Shown: in pieces, positions 50,301 through 59,300 of the stretch
Layout: every line of letters starts with the position of its first letter
Position numbering within the stretch: position 1 is the stretch's first letter
From: Isurus oxyrinchus
Taxonomy: Eukaryota
Length of the DNA: 64,000 nucleotides
Reading direction: 5' to 3'
Assembly (NCBI GenBank): GCA_026770705.1
Contig: JANJGN010000005.1
Span: 21,328,001-21,392,000, forward strand
Translations under genes and position numbers: made by a program
The notes under the pieces: model-generated
Database searches by the model: none
What the model saw: only the letters and a program-made list of their open reading frames with translations
Told to the model about the DNA's origin: nothing

Positions 50301-53300
50301 TGACCTGCTCTTATAGCCACAGTGTTTATATGGCTAGTCCAGTTCAGTTTCTGTGGTAACCCCTAGGATATCGTGGGGGATTCAGTGATGGTAATGCAAT
50401 TGAACGTCATGGGGCGATGGTTAGATTCTCTCTTGTTGGAGGTGGTCATTGCCCGGCACTTGTGTGGCGCGAATGTTACTTGCCACTTGTCGGCCCAGGC
50501 CTGGACATTGTCCAGGTCTTGCTGCATTTGGACATGGACTGCTTCAGTCTTCTAAGGAGTCGTGAATGGTGCTGGACATTGTGCAATCACCAGCGAGCTT
50601 CTGACTTTATGATGGAAGGAAGGTCATTGATGAATCAGCTGAAGATGGTTGGGCCAAGGGCACTGCCCTGAGGAACCCCTGCAGTGCCGTCCTGGTGCTG
50701 AGATGACTGACCTCCAACAACCACAACCATCTTTCTTTGTGCTAGGTATGACTCCAACCAATGGGAGAGTTTTCCCCCTGATTCCCATTGACTCCAATTT
50801 TGCTAGGGCTCCTTGATGCCACACTCGGTCAAATGTCGCCATGATGTCGAGGACAGTCACATTTGCCTCACTGAGAGGATGTTTCCCCTTGGGAATCTAG
50901 AACTGGGGCACAATTTTTTGAATAAGGACGTTTAAGACAGTGATGAGGAGGCATTTTTTCTGAAAGTTGTGAACCTTTGTGCTTTCTGAGTCTTTGAATA
51001 TTTTCAAGACTGAGATAAACAGATTCTTGAAATATAAGGTCATCAAGAGTTATGCGGAACAGGCTGAAAAGTGGATTTGCAGCCATGATCTTATTGAATG
51101 CCAGAGCAGCTTCGAAGACCCATATGGCCTGCTGCTGCTCCTATTTCTTATGTTCTTATTTAAGTATGTTAATGGGTTCTTTATTTATTTTGTTTCAATT
51201 TGTGAAAAAAACTGTATATAGTTGGACAAATATGATTAGCAACATTGTGTCACAGCTTTGTGACATTAGTTTGTAAACTAGAAACCGTGCCTTTTTTTAA
51301 AAAGAGCATTAGTGATCCTGGAATAGAAACAGAAAATGAAGGAAAAACACAGCAGGTCTGGCAGCATCTGTGGAGAGAGAAACAGAGTTAATGTTTCGAG
51401 TCCAAATGACTCGTTTTCAAAAGTTATCCTGGGTTTTATCAATAGGATCAGAAAATCTTGAAAACTGAAAGGTAATTGTAAACTTGGACGAATCTTTGAT
51501 AAGGCCATAGCTGGAATACTAGGCCCTACTTTGGGGACAAAATGTCAAAGCCATGGAGTGTACAGAAGAAATTTACTAAAATGGTATGAAGGTGTAAGGT
51601 TTTAGATATGAAGAGAAACTGAGTCCCTTTCACTGCAGCAGGAAATGTTAAAAGGAGATTTAATAATGATGCTCAAAATAATGAATGATTTTATTAAGGA
51701 AAATGAGGGTAGCTATTATTCTGCTGGTTAGTGAGTTCATAACTAGGTGTTTAGGTGGTGTGGAAAGAATAAAGGAAGGAATTATTTTTGCCTTATTTGT
51801 GCCATAATGGCATCTGCTTCTAGCTACCTCTCAGTGCAGAAAGTCGTTGGGTATATGGCCGTCTTCTGCCCTGCAGATGTGCCCGAGCCAATGAAGCTGT
51901 CTTAAGTTATTTTACAAGTACTTTAAGAGTAAGAGGGTAACTACGGAAAGAGTAGGGCCCATTAAGGACCATAGTGGTAACGTGTGTGGAGCCGGAAGAC
52001 GTAGGTAGGGTTCTAAATGAATACCTTGTGTCGGTGTTCACAAGTGAGAGGGACGTCATGGGTGTGGAAATCAAGCAGGACTGATATAATTAAATAAATT
52101 AGCATAGAAAGGAAGGAGGTTCTAAGTGGACTAGCAGGCTTAAAAGTAGATAAATCTCCAGGCCCAGATGAAATGTATCTCAGGCTGTTAAGTGAGGCAA
52201 GGGAGGAGATAGGTGCGCTGGCAATAATTTTCAATACCTCTCTGGCCACAGGAGAGGTGCCAGAGGACTGGAGGACAGCCAATGTGGTATCGTTATTCAA
52301 GAAGGGAGGAAGGGATAAACCAGGGATCTACAGGCCAGTCAGTCTAACTTCAATGGTAGGGAAACTATTGGAAGCAATTCTGAGGGACAGAATTAATATG
52401 CACTTGGAGAGGCAGGGGTTAATCAAGGGCAGTCAGCATGGTTTTGTTAAGGGGAGGTCACGCCTGACCCTTAATGCGCAACAGAAGTGAAGGTGGAAGT
52501 TGCTGGACGCCCAAAGCTCCAAGTCCAGGATGCTTGCAAGCATGACGTGAAAGCCCTAGACATTGATTATCGCACCTTGGAGTCACTAACTGAAAAGGGA
52601 GGAAAATGGTGACACCTCCTGTGGGCTTGCATGCACCAGCACGATCACCAGTGGCTTAACAACAGACCTCAACGCTGAAAACAACATTCGGTAGCTTCAT
52701 GTGCGGCACTTATGGCAGAACCTGCTTGCCAAGGATTGGCCATCAGCAAAGGTGTGCCATATGAAGACCTCGACTGAAATGGATTTGTTTTCTTCATGTC
52801 CATCATCCTTCGTAGATGGAAGGATTCCAGTTAGATCTTGGGATATTCTAACCTATTGGTGGATACAAAGCCAAGTTCGCTTTTAGATGGTAAGCAACCT
52901 AATATTAAAATGGTAGTGGGGAAATTGGATTAAATGAGTTTCCGATAGCTGGCACCAATTAGATAAACCAAATGATTTTCTCTGTCTTCTGTGAAATAAT
53001 GATTCATTACAGAAACCTTGAGCTTTAAACTGTATTATAAACTTTTAATACTATGATATTTATTGCAGATCCTTTAGGTACTGCTGAGGATTACTTTGCA
53101 AGAGTTGATATAGAGGTTGACAGTCCTGGCCCCAGCAACGTTATTAACAGTGTACCACTCTGTGCCAGAGTTGGAATTGCTAGAATACATGCTCCTAAAG
53201 ACCTGCAGGTATGCTGACACAAGCACTTGAAGATATAAATGTTTTGCTTCTTGGATTTTCTGACAGCCTTGTGGGTAGAAGTAATGTCTGGCTTAGCATG

Positions 53301-56300
53301 AAACCATGTAAACAAAAGGGTAATTCATGCTCCATTTTCCACTGCTGCCATCTCTCTTTGTACACAAGTATAATTGTTAGCATGGGAGTGGGGGTGCAAA
53401 AGTGAAAATCCAAGTACTGGCATACTGTGAGATTTAATACATTTTTGTCTGCCAGATGTATGGACTGAAGTCATTTTCTGTATTCGCAAATGGATCAACT
53501 GGGCTATATTATAAAGGACTCTTACTAGCTTAAGGTAGCCAAATTGTAGTTGCAGTTGGCAGAGGATGCATCGTAACAAATAGAAGTTATAAGCATCTGC
53601 TGCATTAAAAAATCACATGATGAAAAGGTTTTGAAGAATATCATTTTTTTGAGAGTGACAATCTAGCAGAGACAAACTTATCCATGTTGACATTTTGTAC
53701 AAGTATTGAAACTGAAGATAAGTGTATTCTGATGTTAATGCAGTATGTGTTGAGGGACATGTCTGTTGCATGTGCTCTGAGGTTTTCATTGTTTTTACAT
53801 TTAGACTCTCGTAATGTGTGCTAAGCTTGGTATGACAGCTAAACAAATCCTCCCTCTAAAAAATGCAGGAAATATCACTGCACAGCTCAAGATTCAGGTG
53901 AGTTAGCAGTTACCTTAAACAACTTCACTAGTCTTTTTAAGGATTTAATGCACACTACTTCCTTCTTAGTTTTGTTTTATGTAAACTTATGCAGCGTTCG
54001 TGTGAAAACCTCCAATAATCATTTCAGCACCAAATAAGGGGGGAGGAGTTTAAAAAAGCCTTTCATTTACAAATATAATGCTAACCTCACCTCTTTAAAA
54101 AAAATGAACGCTGCATGTGTGGTATTAAGCTTGCATAGTTCAATTTGTTCTCTAATGTGGGCAATACTGGTCATCGTTGCATTTATTGCTTGACCCTAGT
54201 TGCATTGGTGTGGGCTGCCTTGCACCATTGTAGTCCTTCTGGTGCTGAATTTCCCACGATGGTCTCAAGTTGGAAATTACAGGTTGTTGACCCAGCTAGA
54301 ATGATGGAACAATAGGTGTACAGATCAAGGTGGTGTGTGTATTGAGAAAGAAATTGGAGATGATGGTGTTCCTGCAACATTACTGCGCTTGCCTTTCTTG
54401 GTGGTAAAGATTGCCCAGTGGAGAGATGCTACTGTGTATTCTACTGCAGCCAGAGTGCACCAGTGGTGTTGGAGGGTGGGGTTAGATGCTGAGTCTAGTG
54501 GTAGAAGTGCCAATCGAGCAAACTGCTCTGTCCTGTATACTGTTGTTTGAGTGTTTTTGCGACTGCACCCATTCAGACGAGTAGCATGTATAATGCCGCA
54601 CTGAGTTAAGATGGCTCTTCCCAGCATTCCCACATAATTCAGCTGCTCAAATGAGTGCTCTATGCCATTTTCTCAGGTAGTAACTCACTTTCCTGGGGTT
54701 TTATTTGGTTTAGTGGCTAGTCTGTTGCAATCAGTGGGGCAAGGAAGTATGACATTGTTGCTAACATAGCAATGACACAGGGAATTGTAGCCAACCTTGC
54801 TTGAAATGAAAGGTTGACACTTTTTTGTTAAAAGGAAAATTTGACATCATCTTTACATCTTCAAAAAAGAGGCAGTGTCATATAACAGTATACTGTGGAG
54901 TTGATGTTTTGGGATATGAATGCATGCAGCATTTCCATTGCAAAATATCCTTTTTGCTTGTTTGCCACCTGTTTTTTTTTAAATAAATGTTAGGATTTCT
55001 CTTCAAGCTCATTTCTTGTTTTTTGTTTACACATAAAATTATGTTTCATTTTCTTGGAACTATAATTTTTGCACTTTCTAGGGCTGTTAAACTAATGTCA
55101 GCAATTGGCTCAGTCCCTAACCGGCTGCTTTGGAAGCAACTCCCATCTTTGTTAGAATCATGTAATTTCATAGCATAGGAGGAGACAGCTTGGTTCGTCA
55201 TGCATGTGACAGTGCTCTCATTTTGAGTTCAGGCTGCTAATTAGATCTACAAACATAAACCTCCATATCCTCAATATCAACCAAGTAAACGAATGCCTGG
55301 TTTAATATCAATGTTATGTGGCTTATATAGCTCCCCATTAAATTTTCTGATCATTTTTCTGAAATTTGATCATCATTGGTCCAAATTATATTAATCTCAT
55401 TAGTAAACATTAGGCAAACTTTGAGTGGGAACAAAAATCTGAAATATATGTTTATATGTTTGGTCTCATGAATTACTTATTGTATAGTGAAAACTGGGTT
55501 GATTGAATGCTGGTTTTCCCATCAACCAACTATTCCTCGTGTCCTACAGTTTCATTGTTAAGCAAATAAGTTGTATTTATTGGTCATGAATAATTTGCAT
55601 AGAATTGTTCAACATTGCATCTCTTTTTTAAATGAAAATTAACATTTTATGATCATCTGTAGAGAGAGTTCTGCCTCCTAATTGGTGATACAAACATTTA
55701 CCTCTGCACCCATGATCGATCAAGTGAAAAAGAATACCTGCTTAATGTCAACTGTGTTAAAAACAAATTTATCTACATTCTTCAGTACTGAAAGCCTGTA
55801 CTTGGAAATGTTTGTTTATATTACGGATACTTAATGCTGAACTTTCCCCTAATTTATTTTAGACTGCAGAATGCTGTTTTTTAGCAAAACCTGAAAATCT
55901 TTTAATTCAGCCTGGAGAAGAATTGGAGGTTGTTGTTTCATTTACTCCACAGGATGCTCAAAGTGAGATACAAAGGTATAACATTAACATTAGTCTTTTA
56001 GCTTTGCAATATAATTGATCTTCAGTCCCCACTATATATTCCATTGATCCCCTTCCTTAGAAACTGCCTCTGGCTCATCAAGACCATTACAATTCTGCTT
56101 GACATTGAGCTTCCAATATCCTTTCCGTCACCAAGACTGATTATTTCCATCTATGCAATACCTCTAATTCTTCGCTGATGAACCCTTATGTATGTCTAAA
56201 CTATCTCCAGATGATGCTTTACTTCCTCCCATCTTCTGTAAACTCCAACTTGTTCAAAACTCCACTACTGATATTCTGGAGCAAGTCATGCTCAGCCATC

Positions 56301-59300
56301 ACTCATGTCCTCATTGACCCATATTGACTACTGTCCCACAACTCATGAAAATTCTTGTCCTTACCTTAACATCCCTTCACTGTCTTGCAGCCTTTAGCCA
56401 TCTGAGTCCCACTTTCAGGAGTTGCCTAGCTAAATTTTGCTGGCCCTCTACAATTCTCAAAATGACCAGAACCTATCTCTTCACCCCTCCTAACCCCTCA
56501 TTCCTTGGTTCAACTTCCTTTTGCCTAATTGCCATCTGTGAAGTACTTTGCAATGTGCCTTATGTCAAAGCATTATGTTAATGTTGTTACGAGTTTCTAA
56601 TAGATCTCTTGTCAAGGAAACATTGCTACATTTTACAGCTTACTGTTATGAACAGAGCCAAGGATATAAGAAATATGAGTAGGCCATGCAGTCCCTTAAG
56701 CCTGCTCCACTGTACAGTAAGATTATGGCTAACTTTAAACCTCAACTCGATTCCACATACCTTGATTATTTTAGTATCTGAAAATTTATCAATCTCAGTC
56801 TTGAATACAGTAATCAACTGAACATCAATAGTCTCTGCAGTAGGACATGACTGCAGGAGTTCCTCCAGGGTCGTACCCTAGGCTCAACCATCTTCAGCTG
56901 CTTCATCAATGACCTTCCCTCCATTGTAAGGTCAGAACTAAGGATGTTCACTGATGATTGCACAATATTCAGCATTCGTGACTCCTCAGATACTGAAGCA
57001 GTCCATGTCCAAATGCAGCAAGATCTGGACAATATCCAGGCTTGGGCTGACAAGTGGCAAGTAACATTCACGCCATACAACTGCTGGCCATTGACCATCT
57101 CCAGCCAGAGAAAATCTAACCATTGCTCTTTGACATTCAATAGCATTGCCATTGCTGAATCCCCCACATCCTGGGGGGTTACCATTGATCAGAAACTGAA
57201 CCGGAATAGCCATATTAATACGATGGCTACAAGAGCAGGCCAGAGGCTAGGAATCTTATGGTGAATAACTCACCACCTGACTCCCCAAAGCCTATCCATC
57301 ATCTACAAGGCCTGAGTCAGGAGTGTAATGGAATACTCTCCACTTGCCTGGATGAGTGCGGCTTCAATGATACTCAGGAAGCTTGACACCATCCAGGACA
57401 AAGTAACCCACTTGATTGGCGCCACATTCACTCCCTTCATCACCAATGCACAGTGGCAGTGATGTGTACCATCTAAAAGATGTGCTGCAGGAACTCACCA
57501 AGGCTTCTTCGGCAGCACCTTCCAGCCCACAACCACTACCATCTAGAAGGACAAGGGCAGCCGGCAGAAGGGAACACCACCACCTGGAAGTCCTTCTCCA
57601 AGCCACACATCATCTTGACCTGGAAATATATCATCGTTCCTTCACTTGCTGGGTCAAAATCCTGACAGTGTTGCGGGTGTACCTGCTCTATGTGGCCTGT
57701 AGTGGTTCAAGAAAGCAGATCACTGTCACCTTCTCAAGGGCGATTAGAGATGGGCAATAAATGCTGTCCTGGCCAGTGACACCCACATCCCATTAATGAA
57801 TATTTTTAAAAATGTATTCCGGATAGTTTCTTAGAACAGTACATTCTCGAACTATCCAGGAAACAAGTGATTTTTAGACCTGGTAATGTGTGCTGAGACA
57901 GGGTTCATAAATGACCTGCATAGTAAAGGATCCTCTAGGGAAGAGTGATCCATAACATGACAGCATTTCACATTGTCTGAAGGTGAGAAATGCGTCTGAA
58001 ATGAGAGTTAAGCTTAAATAAATTGGTTGACAAGGGAATCGAGCATTATGGAGGCCTGGCAGGTAAGTGGAGTTAAGGCCAGAACCAGATAAGCCATGGT
58101 CTTTTTTAAAAATTCTTTTATGGGATGTGGGTGTTGCTGATGAGGCCAACATTTGTTTCCCATTCCTAATTGCCCTTGAACTGAGTGGCTTGCTACTCCA
58201 TTTCAGCGGACAGATGAGAGTCAACCACATTGCTGTGGGTCTAGATTTGCATGTAGGCCAGACTGGGTAAGGATGGCAGATTTCCTCCCCTATAGGACAA
58301 TAGTGAAAGGGATTGTTACAAAAACCTATGAACTTTTTCATGGTCACCATTACTGAGAATAGCTTTCAATTCCAGATTTTATTGATTGAATTTAAATGCC
58401 ACCATGGCAGCTGGTGGGATTTGAACCCTTGTTCTCAGAGCATTAGTTGGGGCTTCTAAGTCACCAGTTTAGTGCCGTTACCACTAAGCCACCATCACTC
58501 CTAATTATTGAATAGTGAAACTGGCTCAATGGGCCGAATGGCCTACTCCTTTTAATTTATGATCTTTTGATCAGCTCCTCTACTGCTGAAACCCTCATTC
58601 AAGGCTTTGTTAGCTCTAGACTCAACCATTCCAATGCACCCTGGCTGGTCTTCCACATTCTACCCTCCTTAAACTTCATGTCATCCAAAGCTTGCTGCCT
58701 GTATCCTAAATCCTGTTCGCCTATCACCCACATGCTTGCTGACCTACAGTGACTCCTGGTCAACAACGTCGTGAGTTTAAAATTCTCGTACTTGTTTTCA
58801 GACGTCTTATCCTTGCTTTCAAATCGCTCCATGGTCTTGCCTCTCCCTATTTCTGTGATCTCGAAATCTGTCCTCTTGTGCCTAGGCTCCAAGCTTTGGA
58901 ATACCCTCTCTATATCTCTCCATCTTGATAGCTTGCTTCCCTCCTTTAAAATGCTCCTTAAAACCTACCTTTTTGACCAAGCATTTGGTCATCTATCCTA
59001 ATGTCTCCTCGTGTCTCAATGTATTTGTTTTATAATGCTTCTGTGAAGCACCTTGAGAGGTTTCATTATGTTAACTATGCTGTATAAATAAAGTTGTTCT
59101 GTATCTGTCATTCTGTTCAAGTGACTAACTATTTTTAGTCTAGGAAACTTTTTTGAAAAGTTTTTTTAAAGAAATTATTGTCTTAAATGGGTGAACAAAT
59201 TGAAACTAGGGAAACCCAGATATTGATGGTGGGAATTGTAATTTTAAGCCTTTAGAACTGTTTAGAATTTATCATTTTCTTTCTAGCCATTTGACTATTC

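Noticed and set aside
51845-51865. gtatatggccgt resembling the reverse complement of the 5S rRNA 5' end
   Set aside because: Only about 9 nt match, and the similarity does not extend.
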